Below are positions 18,155 through 27,121 of a stretch of 47,526 bases of DNA, in pieces (the stretch's first letter is position 1; the number at the start of each line of letters is the position of its first letter). This DNA is from an uncultured archaeon. Lineage in GTDB: Archaea > Asgardarchaeota > Lokiarchaeia > Sigyniarchaeales > SOKP01. Below the pieces are notes generated by a model. The model was not told the origin of the DNA, made no database searches, and saw only the letters and a list, made by a program, of their open reading frames with translations. The stretch lies in assembly GCA_964388035.1 (NCBI GenBank), contig CAYLZE010000030.1, positions 1 to 47,526 on the forward strand, written 5' to 3'. A program made the position numbers and the translations under genes.

Positions 18155-19093
18155 TTATTCTTCTTCTTCCCATCCTAAATCCTTTAGAACATCCCCTAAC
18201 GCTTCAGATTCCTCTTCCAAAATGAAATCGCTATCATATTCCTTAGCAATAGATGCCTCATCAAATTCAGGCGCTTTTAATTCATCAAAAGATGGTAATT
18301 CTTTAGAAGGGGTGGTTTCCGAAGTACTGGGAACCGCTTGAGCGGAAGCAGGGGTTTTTAAGGTTTCGGGAGATTCCTCTTCAATTTCCATGGGCGTGTA
18401 ATCTTCAAGCGGAACAGGCGGTACTTCATCTTCATATACTTTGAATTTCTGGGAAGCATTTGCTGATTTTGCAGCTACCGATTTGGGGATGGAAACTATG
18501 TTATTTTCAATTCCCGTCTCAAGCTCTTCATATTCCGTGCCTTCTTTTTCCCATTCATCCAGAAAACCCAATAATTCGCCTAATGCTTGTTTATCTTGCT
18601 CAACTGACGGCATGATAAACTTGGAACTTTCCTCTTCTACTTGTGCTTGTTGCGTTAATTTTTGTCGTTCTTTTTCCTCCAAGGATAACGCCATTTCGGT
18701 TAATTCACCGCCAGAAAGTAAAAAATTAAGTTTTCGTGCCACTTCTCGCAAATATCCCAGGTAAAATCCTATCCGGTACATTGCTTTTAGGCCGCCAAAA
18801 ATGAGATAATCCTCATTCACTGCGATTAAGATTGAATACCCGGAGCTGTTGTGGAGAATGATTTCCTTTAGATCCCCGTGATTGGTAACCGTGGTTAATC
18901 TCAGCCCTAAATCTATTAAGGCCGTACTGGATGCTGAAACGGTATCTGCATCTAATTCAGCAGAAGTAGAGGATGCAACCTTCATGCCGATACGAGATAA
19001 AACGGCTAAATTCTCGAGATCTGTTTTCTCTTCTTCTTCCTTGAGAAGGTTCATCATTTTAAAGCGGATATCTTCAGCAATTTCTGTTGACAT
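18155..19093 (-). CDS. Roadblock/LC7 domain protein with long acidic C-terminal tail
   Basis: AVLSRIGMKVASS..DADTVSASSTAL..LG......GDLKEIIL....GYSILIAV pattern in the first ~125 aa; the rest is E/P/S-rich. Confidence 0.8.
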   Translation of the reverse strand: MSTEIAEDIRFKMMNLLKEEEEKTDLENLAVLSRIGMKVASSTSAELDADTVSASSTALIDLGLRLTTVTNHGDLKEIILHNSSGYSILIAVNEDYLIFGGLKAMYRIGFYLGYLREVARKLNFLLSGGELTEMALSLEEKERQKLTQQAQVEEESSKFIMPSVEQDKQALGELLGFLDEWEKEGTEYEELETGIENNIVSIPKSVAAKSANASQKFKVYEDEVPPVPLEDYTPMEIEEESPETLKTPASAQAVPSTSETTPSKELPSFDELKAPEFDEASIAKEYDSDFILEEESEALGDVLKDLGWEEEE

Positions 19094-19198
19094 TTTCTCT
19101 CAATTTTTGCTCCTTTACATTAATTATCAAGAAGAGGATAAAAATAGTTTTTCCCATGTAATAGATATTTTTTACCTTATTATATTTTTCCTCCTATT

Positions 19199-19918
19199 TT
19201 AAATAAATCTCAACAGGTCCATCTGAGTCTTGGAAGGAACAGATAATTCTTTAAAAGTATAACCTGTTAATTGAGATATGATCTTCTCAATCTCGAGTAA
19301 AACTTCAGGTAGAGTTAAATTTTCCGTATTTAATTCGATTACCTTATCTTTATATTTATTGGAAAATAACTCGAGGCGATACCATGACAAGATTTTTAAT
19401 AAATATTCTTTTTCTTCTTCATTCCACGTTTTTCTATACTTTTCTAAAGAACCTCTTTGAACGATTCTATTTAAGATTGTATCCGGTTCGGCAGTCAAGT
19501 AAATGACATAATCTTCTTTCCATTCTACGGAATGGTACATGTCTGAAATTAATTGAAAATCTTTTTCTTTTAAATTTAAGCTTTTAGAATAAATCAACAC
19601 GCAGGAGGGACTTCTATCTAAAATAATGATTCTCCCATTGTATCTCCTCATGAAATTTGTTATGCTCTGGTTCCTCCTAATGAATTGTTGTAAGAAATGC
19701 ATTTCGCTCCGAAATGCGATTTGCTTATCAGTAGAACCAAAAGGCCAGGGAGGAATTTTAAGATAACGTTCACGAAAAAATTTAAATTTCTTATCATGCT
19801 CTCCTACTTGTTTTTTAAGAAGATAGAATAAAGTTGTTTTTCCCACACCATGTGCTCCCGCGATAGAAATTACGATATTTTTTTTAGTACCTTTATTTCT
19901 ATAAGCTTTTTTTCCCAA
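19199..19918 (-). CDS. Deoxynucleoside kinase / thymidylate kinase family P-loop kinase
   Basis: ISIAGAHGVGKTT, IILDRS, VIYLTAEPDTILNRI..RG. Confidence 0.8.
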   Translation of the reverse strand: MGKKAYRNKGTKKNIVISIAGAHGVGKTTLFYLLKKQVGEHDKKFKFFRERYLKIPPWPFGSTDKQIAFRSEMHFLQQFIRRNQSITNFMRRYNGRIIILDRSPSCVLIYSKSLNLKEKDFQLISDMYHSVEWKEDYVIYLTAEPDTILNRIVQRGSLEKYRKTWNEEEKEYLLKILSWYRLELFSNKYKDKVIELNTENLTLPEVLLEIEKIISQLTGYTFKELSVPSKTQMDLLRFI

Positions 19919-20049
19919 ACTGTTTTTCCTCGTTTAAGCCGAAATGTGTCGTGTAGTTAAGAAAAATGCAAGTGATATAATATCACTAGAGATAGTTGGT
20001 TTTTCCTTTTATTAAAATTTAAATATTTAGGGACTAATCATAAAAAAAA

Positions 20050-21147
20050 TTAAAGCATGATTAGCATGAGTGCTAGTATATTATAAAATACACTGGCAAT
20101 AATCGTATTGTACAAATTTCCATTAATTTCATAAAGAACGCCTAAGATAAGGAACACGATAAAGTCCAAAAGTACGAAAAAAATACCAATGGGAAAGGTA
20201 AGGAGTAAATTCACTGCCGCATAAATTCCCGCAACGATTACTATTACTATTATTTTCCCGTATAAGCTATCTTCAAACCTTACTTTTAAAGTATTATGTA
20301 AAACGCCCCGAAATAGGAGTTCTGAAGAAATGGAGGTTGCGATAATTAATAGTATTAATAATAATTTCCACCCTAAAGCGGCACTATTTATAATCATGTT
20401 TTGACTTGCTAATAATTCGGATACATCTGCGAACCCCCATCCCAGAGCATTTACTAGATCTAGTAAAGGTTCAGATAATGAATTAATCAATAGCAGGATA
20501 ATTCCTCCTAAGATCCCCACAACCAATGCAATTAAGAATTTCTTTTTATCATTAATAAGACCTAACTTTTTAAACTCATGTTTATGAGAAGAAATATACC
20601 ATAAGGGATAGATTCCATATAATAATTCGGGGAGTAATCCTATATAGAATAGGAACATCATTGGAATAGTTGCCGTTATGTCAAATATAGTTAATTGGAA
20701 AGCAACGATCAGATATATCAAAATTCTTAAGGAAATACATATTTCCACTATCCTTGCTCCTTCTCGAAGGTTCCAGGTATCCTTTTTAAGATAAAATTTC
20801 GTTTCCGGTTCCAATTTTTTATCCGTGAAAATGAATCCCGGTCTTGGCTCTGGTGGTTTCTTTAATTCTTCGGGTAATTTCGGTAACAGGGCATTACATA
20901 TAGGACATTGTTCAAGAATTCTAGATGTGATGATTGACCCGCAGCCCGGACATGTTCTGGAAATATCTCCCGTGCTCGAGATCTTAGTTTGGGGTTTCTG
21001 AGGTGGGATTCCCTCGGAGGGCTTAACCTTCACCACCAACTTGCCACAATTGGGACAATATATTTTATTTTGATCTACTTTAGCGCCACAATGAGGACAA
21101 TAATCTAAAACGATTTTTTCTTCTTTTTCCTTACCTTCTTTCGACAT
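20050..21147 (-). CDS. Zinc-ribbon plus CPBP/Abi (CAAX protease-like) intramembrane protein, catalytic motifs degenerate
   Basis: CPHC..CPNC and CPGC..CPIC ribbons; multi-TM region with SELLFRG and LYEINGNLY..IIASVFYN. Confidence 0.75.
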   Translation of the reverse strand: MSKEGKEKEEKIVLDYCPHCGAKVDQNKIYCPNCGKLVVKVKPSEGIPPQKPQTKISSTGDISRTCPGCGSIITSRILEQCPICNALLPKLPEELKKPPEPRPGFIFTDKKLEPETKFYLKKDTWNLREGARIVEICISLRILIYLIVAFQLTIFDITATIPMMFLFYIGLLPELLYGIYPLWYISSHKHEFKKLGLINDKKKFLIALVVGILGGIILLLINSLSEPLLDLVNALGWGFADVSELLASQNMIINSAALGWKLLLILLIIATSISSELLFRGVLHNTLKVRFEDSLYGKIIVIVIVAGIYAAVNLLLTFPIGIFFVLLDFIVFLILGVLYEINGNLYNTIIASVFYNILALMLIML

Positions 21148-21287
21148 ATTAATTGAATCAGTAGAATATTATATTAGATCTAAAATGATAGGAAGCTTTG
21201 TTATGGATGGTTAATTATTGAAAACTATAATAATTTACGTTTATTAATCCTATTATTACATAAATTACCGTTAATTAAATTGAGAAC

Positions 21288-22457
21288 ATGAATAGAAGGG
21301 AAAGAGTTAAAAGGGCATTTCACTTTAATAAACCCGATAGGGTACCTTTTATAGGATTAACCGTTGATTCGGATTTTTATCCCATCGAATTTTGCGCACC
21401 TATTTCTTGGCAACCGACAAAGTACCCTCCACATGTCAATGGAGGGGCGCAGAACTTTGCACAAAATTCATATAGACGGGATGTCTATGATTGGGATAAA
21501 GAGATTCGAGAAAAGTTGGGATATTCAGAAACCTGGTGGGAATATCCTCACGAGAGCGTTGATGAATTTGGAGTCATATGGCGTTCTTCAGGAACAAAAA
21601 GTGAAGATAAAACCATGGGGCATCCTTTCTTAGGCCCTTTGCAAGATAATGGTACCGGGGAAGGATGGAATAATTTGAGTCTTTTGCAAATTCCCGATAC
21701 TTCCAATCCCCTTAGATATAAGATCATCGAAGCGGGCAGATGGAAAGAAATTGCTGAGGATCGTTATCTAGTAGGAGATTTAGGCTCGGGGGGAATTTTT
21801 AATCGCTGTTCCACAATTCGGGGATTTAATAATCTCTTGATTGACTTATCTAGGAATAAGTATCCTAATGAATTACAATCATTAATCAAGAAAGTTACAG
21901 ATTATAATTTAGGATTAATTGAAAACATGAAGAAATACTGTCCTCCTCTCGACTCTATCATGATAGCTGATGATTTGGGCGCCCAAAAATCCTGTTTTCT
22001 CAGCCCCCGGATATTTAAAAAATCTTTTAAGGACTATTATAAGAAATTAGTGGATTTGACCCATAAATTAGGAATGGATTTTCTCATGCACTCTTGTGGC
22101 GACGTGCTTGCACTTCTTCCAGAATTTGTTGATATAGGCATGGATCTCATGCAATTTGACAGCCCTCACATGACAGGAGTTGAAAACTTCAAACATTTTG
22201 CGCAAGAACGAAAAATGGCGTTTGGGTTAAGTTCTAATATTCAATCTACCTTTGTAAAAGGTTCCGCTAAAGATGTGGAAGAAGAGATAAAATATTATAT
22301 TAAAGAGGTGGGAAATAACGAAGGGGGTTTGGCAATCTGGGAATATACAAATTTTGATACCATAAATGCCCCTAAGAAGAATGTGAGGGCTCAAAGAAAA
22401 GCAGTACAAAATTGGGGAAAGTATGATGGGAATGGTCTTATCGAGTGGCTAAATTGA
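21288..22457 (+). CDS. Uroporphyrinogen decarboxylase-fold (URO-D / methylcobamide methyltransferase-like) protein
   Basis: RERV..A.....PDRVP, DEFGV.W, RGF..LLIDL, ADDLG.Q...FLSP, HSCG. Confidence 0.82.
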   Translation: MNRRERVKRAFHFNKPDRVPFIGLTVDSDFYPIEFCAPISWQPTKYPPHVNGGAQNFAQNSYRRDVYDWDKEIREKLGYSETWWEYPHESVDEFGVIWRSSGTKSEDKTMGHPFLGPLQDNGTGEGWNNLSLLQIPDTSNPLRYKIIEAGRWKEIAEDRYLVGDLGSGGIFNRCSTIRGFNNLLIDLSRNKYPNELQSLIKKVTDYNLGLIENMKKYCPPLDSIMIADDLGAQKSCFLSPRIFKKSFKDYYKKLVDLTHKLGMDFLMHSCGDVLALLPEFVDIGMDLMQFDSPHMTGVENFKHFAQERKMAFGLSSNIQSTFVKGSAKDVEEEIKYYIKEVGNNEGGLAIWEYTNFDTINAPKKNVRAQRKAVQNWGKYDGNGLIEWLN

Positions 22458-22464
22458 TATTTTC

Positions 22465-23742
22465 TTAATCACTATTACATTTAGTATAATTAACGGTTTT
22501 TCTTGCTACGGAATATATTTCCATTAAAATTAATCCTTGATAGTATGAAATCGAATCGAAATAACCTTCCCCTGATTGGTTTCCTCCATATTCTAGAGCC
22601 AATTGTGCGTTTAATGCCGCCTTCATGATGAGTTCTAAACCTTTATAAATTAAATTCGGACTAAACGCTCCTCTTAACGGATTAGCCCACCACATTGGGC
22701 AAGAATAGAGGCTCCGATCATAAAAATAGCGAGCGGTAGTATAATAATTATTGACTTCCCATCCCTCCTTTTCAAGATCCAGCTGATCTGCCAAAAACAT
22801 CAGATTATCTAGACTTTTCATTATCTTCCAATAAAAATGATGAATATCATTTTGGGGATGATTCCATAAAGGATATGGAACGTTCATGGCAAGATCTTCT
22901 GGGTTAGTGCTCCAGCTGGAGTTTCTGGGTATGAGAATTTGCTCATTTATTGGGAACCTTTTGGTTAACTCGCTTATTGTTACAAGCTGAACCTCTTGGT
23001 CTTCAGAAATCAAGGTTAATAATTTTTTCAAAAAAGTACTTTCATAATTCTTTAAATGGTGTCCATAAGTCTCGATATCCAAGGCGAGAATTACGTATTT
23101 ATCTTTAACTTTTGACTTGCTCGTTGAATCATTCATATCCTTGAGCTCCTGAAAGAGATTTTTAGCCGTTGTGTGATTAAACGCGATTTTATTGCTCAAA
23201 ATATCATCCCTATAAAAGGTTAGAAGCCCCTTAGCGGAAGAATATATTTGTTGATTTGGCCATCTCTGATCTGTTTCTCCCGAGGGAAATGCCATTCCGC
23301 TACAAATAATCCATTGATACCCCATTTCCTTTATGATTTCTAACGTTGGTAAAGAAATTGCCATTTCTGGAGGAAAAAATCCGCGCTTGTTCCAATTTTT
23401 ACCAAAAGTAACCTCGTTTAATTGCTCATTGAGTTTAATCTGTCTATAGATCTCTTTTTCCGGAATTAAGGGCAATATGGGATGGTATTTTGAGGTGCCT
23501 AAAACTTCGATTTTTTGAGAGGAATATAAACATTTTAAAAATTCTACTACATCAGATAAGCCGTGATCCGTTAACATTTCGATTAGAATCCCATTCACGT
23601 TAATGCTAAACCTTGAAATATCAAATTCATCAATGATCTTTAACACGGGTTTATAGCTTTCATCAGAAATTTTTCTTAAAATTTCTAGATCTTGAGTGGG
23701 AGGTTGATATGCATGCAATAAAAGAGATAACAATGTTGTCAT
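22465..23742 (-). CDS. Glycoside hydrolase family 57
   Basis: LHAYQP, YHPILPLI, GFFPPEMA (nucleophile Glu), ALDIETYGHH (acid/base Asp), SSWS. Confidence 0.88.
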   Translation of the reverse strand: MTTLLSLLLHAYQPPTQDLEILRKISDESYKPVLKIIDEFDISRFSINVNGILIEMLTDHGLSDVVEFLKCLYSSQKIEVLGTSKYHPILPLIPEKEIYRQIKLNEQLNEVTFGKNWNKRGFFPPEMAISLPTLEIIKEMGYQWIICSGMAFPSGETDQRWPNQQIYSSAKGLLTFYRDDILSNKIAFNHTTAKNLFQELKDMNDSTSKSKVKDKYVILALDIETYGHHLKNYESTFLKKLLTLISEDQEVQLVTISELTKRFPINEQILIPRNSSWSTNPEDLAMNVPYPLWNHPQNDIHHFYWKIMKSLDNLMFLADQLDLEKEGWEVNNYYTTARYFYDRSLYSCPMWWANPLRGAFSPNLIYKGLELIMKAALNAQLALEYGGNQSGEGYFDSISYYQGLILMEIYSVARKTVNYTKCNSD

Positions 23743-23913
23743 GATTTTCTCGGATGCTTATATATGTATTAAATAAAAAAAGTCTTATACCATGATAGAA
23801 AATATCCCATTTTAAAAAAGCTTAATCCTTATTGAAAAGAAAATGGCATAGCAAATTTCTAATTTGAACGGATTGATAAAATCTATATCTAAGGGTGTTA
23901 TTTGCCAACAAAT

Positions 23914-25026
23914 TCATTTTTCGATTATTGTTTCTTTAATGGCGGTTCCAAAATGCGTAGCACCGGGACCCACATGTACCAGGACTTCATCCCCTTTTTT
24001 AATGTCCACTACAGATATAGCTTTTCCCTCGGGTGTGACTAATCGAATTGTCTCGGCATTTTGGCAAATGCAACTTAAGGTAATTGGCACCTCACCTTTA
24101 AAAGCCTCCAATTCAAAGCGCAACATGGGACGAGTTTCAATTTTAACTCGCCCAATGGATACGATCCTAGCTTCTCCCTTATAATTTACGGCTAAAACTT
24201 TCCTTCCTCCTTTTAATTCACTTAAATAACTCGTGCGATACACTATTTCCGGATCTTCACTAGGAACCAGAACATATGCAGATACATCCCCTGAATTAAC
24301 GCGAAAAGGTCGAGATGCCACGAATTTCGATTCAAACGTTTCGGAATGGATCAAGCAAAATCCTGCTGCAGTAGACCCTACCAGAAAGCCTTCCCCAAAA
24401 TGTAAAAGGGAACTCGTATCAATGCAAACTCTATCTGCTTCGGGTATGTTTTCTATGCTAACAACTCTTGCTGTAGTTAATTCAACATGAAAACTCGCTT
24501 GAATTAAGTTTTTTAGTTCAATAATTTCATTTGCATCCTTGGGAGTCATGAGAATGCCATCTACTCCCTTTTCTAAGGTTTTTAGCATCAATTCCGCTTC
24601 CTTTAAAGTTTCCACTTCAGCAATGAGGTCTGTTTCCGCTAAATGCATGTCAGCGATTAGATTCTCAAAAGGAATTACTTTCCAATCTCTTGCACTAACA
24701 ATGATAAAGTCAATCAATCTTGTCTTAGAAAGCTCCACGATCTCCCGCTCATCTTGCTTGGTTTTTAACTCCTTATAGATTCCGACTTTAGCATTTCCCT
24801 GATTTTCTTTTAAAGATGTTTGAAGGTTATCTGTATTAGTCAATATTTTAAATTCAGGGGATAATTCTAAATCCTTGGAGTATATCTTTACTCGCTCCAC
24901 GTTCTTAAGTTCCGAATGAGTCTCTCGAGAAACTAAAAAGTTGAGGATGTCCTTGTTGAATGCTTCTTGGACTAACTCTTTAAAATTCGAATCTTTTTTT
25001 TCAAAATTGAGGATAATTTTTTTCAT
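23914..25026 (-). CDS. aroB': 3-dehydroquinate synthase II (archaeal AroB')
   Basis: DWKVIPFENLIA, LEKGVDG, DRVCIDT, RPFRVN, YLSEL, GRVKIETRP, QNAETIRL, HFG..I.ETI.EK. Confidence 0.95.
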   Translation of the reverse strand: MKKIILNFEKKDSNFKELVQEAFNKDILNFLVSRETHSELKNVERVKIYSKDLELSPEFKILTNTDNLQTSLKENQGNAKVGIYKELKTKQDEREIVELSKTRLIDFIIVSARDWKVIPFENLIADMHLAETDLIAEVETLKEAELMLKTLEKGVDGILMTPKDANEIIELKNLIQASFHVELTTARVVSIENIPEADRVCIDTSSLLHFGEGFLVGSTAAGFCLIHSETFESKFVASRPFRVNSGDVSAYVLVPSEDPEIVYRTSYLSELKGGRKVLAVNYKGEARIVSIGRVKIETRPMLRFELEAFKGEVPITLSCICQNAETIRLVTPEGKAISVVDIKKGDEVLVHVGPGATHFGTAIKETIIEK

Positions 25027-25093
25027 TTTATTAACAATTGGACTAATTTAAGTTTATTTTATAGTTTTCTTTTGCATTTATTACTAGTAAATA

Positions 25094-25212
25094 AATATTT
25101 AAGATTGAAATAAAATTTAATATATTGTTAGATTTTACTTACGGAACGTATATTAGAACAACAATAAATATATAAGATGGAAACAAATTTTAATATATAA
25201 GATTGAAATAAA
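25094..25212. repeat. Three 21-bp direct repeats in the aroB'/ESCRT-III divergent promoter
   Basis: AATATTTAAGATTGAAATAAA (25094-25114), AATATATAAGATGGAAACAAA (25167-25187), AATATATAAGATTGAAATAAA (25192-25212). Confidence 0.75.
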
Positions 25213-25242
25213 AATGAATTACTTAATTTAGGGTCGATTAAG

Positions 25243-25893
25243 GTGGGAATCAAGAAAAAGCTTTTTCCTCGCAAAAGTGAACAGAAGGATAGTTTAGTCG
25301 CGAATGCAAAAAGCCATATTCATAAATTGGAATTAAATAGTAGAAATTATGCCAAACGAGCCGATATCAGTCGACAGAATGCTAAAATCGCCTTAACCCG
25401 GGGAGAAAAGGATAGGGCAAAGAGCTATTTAATTCAATATAAGAATTATCAAAAGAAAATCGACAGGATGAATAACATCCGAACCAAAATTGAAAATTCT
25501 CTCCATGCCATTGAAGAAGGACAAATGATCTCACAAACTGGTGACCTTTTCGGCGGCATTCGCGATACATTACAAGAACTTTCTGTAAAAGCAAATCCTG
25601 AAAAAGTTGCGGAGATTGCAGAGGATTCTGAGCAATATATTGCCGAAATAGAGGAATCTGCTGAGATTTTGGGCGGAGATCTTGAGATTGATCTAGGAAT
25701 TAGCGTTGATGATGAGTTAAATCAATTAGAAACCGAAATACTCTTAGACCAGAGTGGAGAAATGCCATCTGCACCCTCAGAAGAGTTGCAATATATACCT
25801 GAATACGGGACTGAAGAAGAAGGTGCACAAGTTGACAGCAAGGAGAAACTTCAGAGCGAGATTGATAAATTAAGAAAGGAACTCGAAGGATAG
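25243..25893 (+). CDS. ESCRT-III subunit, Snf7 family (probably Vps20/32/60 class)
   Basis: Basic helical N-half (AKIALTRGEKDRAKSYLIQYKNYQKKIDRMNNIRTKIE..L.AIE), acidic C-half (VDDELNQLE), terminal helix LQSEIDKLRKEL; GTG start. Confidence 0.85.
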   Translation: MGIKKKLFPRKSEQKDSLVANAKSHIHKLELNSRNYAKRADISRQNAKIALTRGEKDRAKSYLIQYKNYQKKIDRMNNIRTKIENSLHAIEEGQMISQTGDLFGGIRDTLQELSVKANPEKVAEIAEDSEQYIAEIEESAEILGGDLEIDLGISVDDELNQLETEILLDQSGEMPSAPSEELQYIPEYGTEEEGAQVDSKEKLQSEIDKLRKELEG

Positions 25894-25990
25894 AGAAATC
25901 GGGAATATATAATAATGAAACAGGAAAATTGATTTATTCCTTCTTATTCTTATAAGATAAAAAAACTAAGATTATTTTGAGTTTGGTATC

Positions 25991-27010
25991 TCATTCTTCT
26001 TTTAATGCTTTAACCATATTAGTTAATTTTGCTTTTACTATATCATAAGCAAATTCTTCGCTATTAAATGCCTTTTTTAGGGCCCCAAAACCACAATCTG
26101 GCTTGATTATAAGATTTTCCCTGCCATACAAGTCAAATCCTTTTTTGATGAAATCTTTCAAAAACGATATTTCTTCCACATAATCTTCGACTTTCCCATT
26201 TGGAATGGGAGAGAAACTGGTTTGAACCGTTCCCATTGCAAGATATTTTCCGTTTTTTTCAATATCATTTTTTTGAAAGACATTAAAATTTTTAGGATTC
26301 GTCCGAAATTCATGATCCATTATTTTTACATCGGTTTGGAGGAGTAATTCATATAATTTGGGGCTTATTCTTCCACATACATGTATGGACGGCAAGTCTT
26401 TGATTCCTGAAAGGGCTCTGTTTACTATTTCAATTATAAATTCTTCCGAATGAAACCATGTTTTATTCCCAACTAGAAGACTTAGAATGGGTTCATCCAT
26501 GGAAATTATATTAATTCCTAAATTATTATAAGCTTTACCAATTTCCTTCATATAATCAGCAAATTTCTCAATGATCCAATCTACCATGATAGCTCTTGGT
26601 TCTTTAAAGATCATGGGTTTTAAACCTTCCGAAAGACCACTGCTAAGAATGATCTCGCTCGTTAAAGTAAAGGGCCCTGTCAAGCAGGCTTTAGTTCCTT
26701 TTATTTTCTTTTTAAGCTCGGAATGTTCATTTAAAAAATTAATGATAAATTCTCCATATTCTAAAGCAACCAATTGTTTAGGCAATTGGAATTCACTCTT
26801 TAAGAGATAAGTCTCATTATTTTCTTCTAATTCCGGAATTAATCGAGATAAAGGAGTTAAAAATTGGGGATTCATGGGAACTAATTGAGGATAGCAAGGA
26901 TAATCAATTCCCATATTAATCTGATCTTGAAAAGCTCTATTCATGTTTTCTATAGTATTAGATAAGGGAAAGGATCCTACTACTGTAGTAAAAGGAGTCT
27001 CTTTTGCCAT
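25991..27010 (-). CDS. Core (single-barrel) methionine synthase, MetE C-terminal-domain family
   Basis: TTVVGSFP, KACLTGPFTL, ISMDEP, Zn ligands HVC / E / PDCG. Confidence 0.85.
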   Translation of the reverse strand: MAKETPFTTVVGSFPLSNTIENMNRAFQDQINMGIDYPCYPQLVPMNPQFLTPLSRLIPELEENNETYLLKSEFQLPKQLVALEYGEFIINFLNEHSELKKKIKGTKACLTGPFTLTSEIILSSGLSEGLKPMIFKEPRAIMVDWIIEKFADYMKEIGKAYNNLGINIISMDEPILSLLVGNKTWFHSEEFIIEIVNRALSGIKDLPSIHVCGRISPKLYELLLQTDVKIMDHEFRTNPKNFNVFQKNDIEKNGKYLAMGTVQTSFSPIPNGKVEDYVEEISFLKDFIKKGFDLYGRENLIIKPDCGFGALKKAFNSEEFAYDIVKAKLTNMVKALKEE

Positions 27011-27121
27011 AAATAATAATAATGATTGATGTAATTTAAATTAAAATCAAAATCAAGTTTAAACTAAGTTGCTACTCTACTATTAATAGGAAAAATGGAA
27101 TGTAAAGAAAAAGTATTTTAA

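Noticed and set aside
25094-25212. Direct repeats as a CRISPR array
   Set aside because: Only three 21-bp AT-rich copies, irregular spacing (52 and 4 nt), no cas genes.
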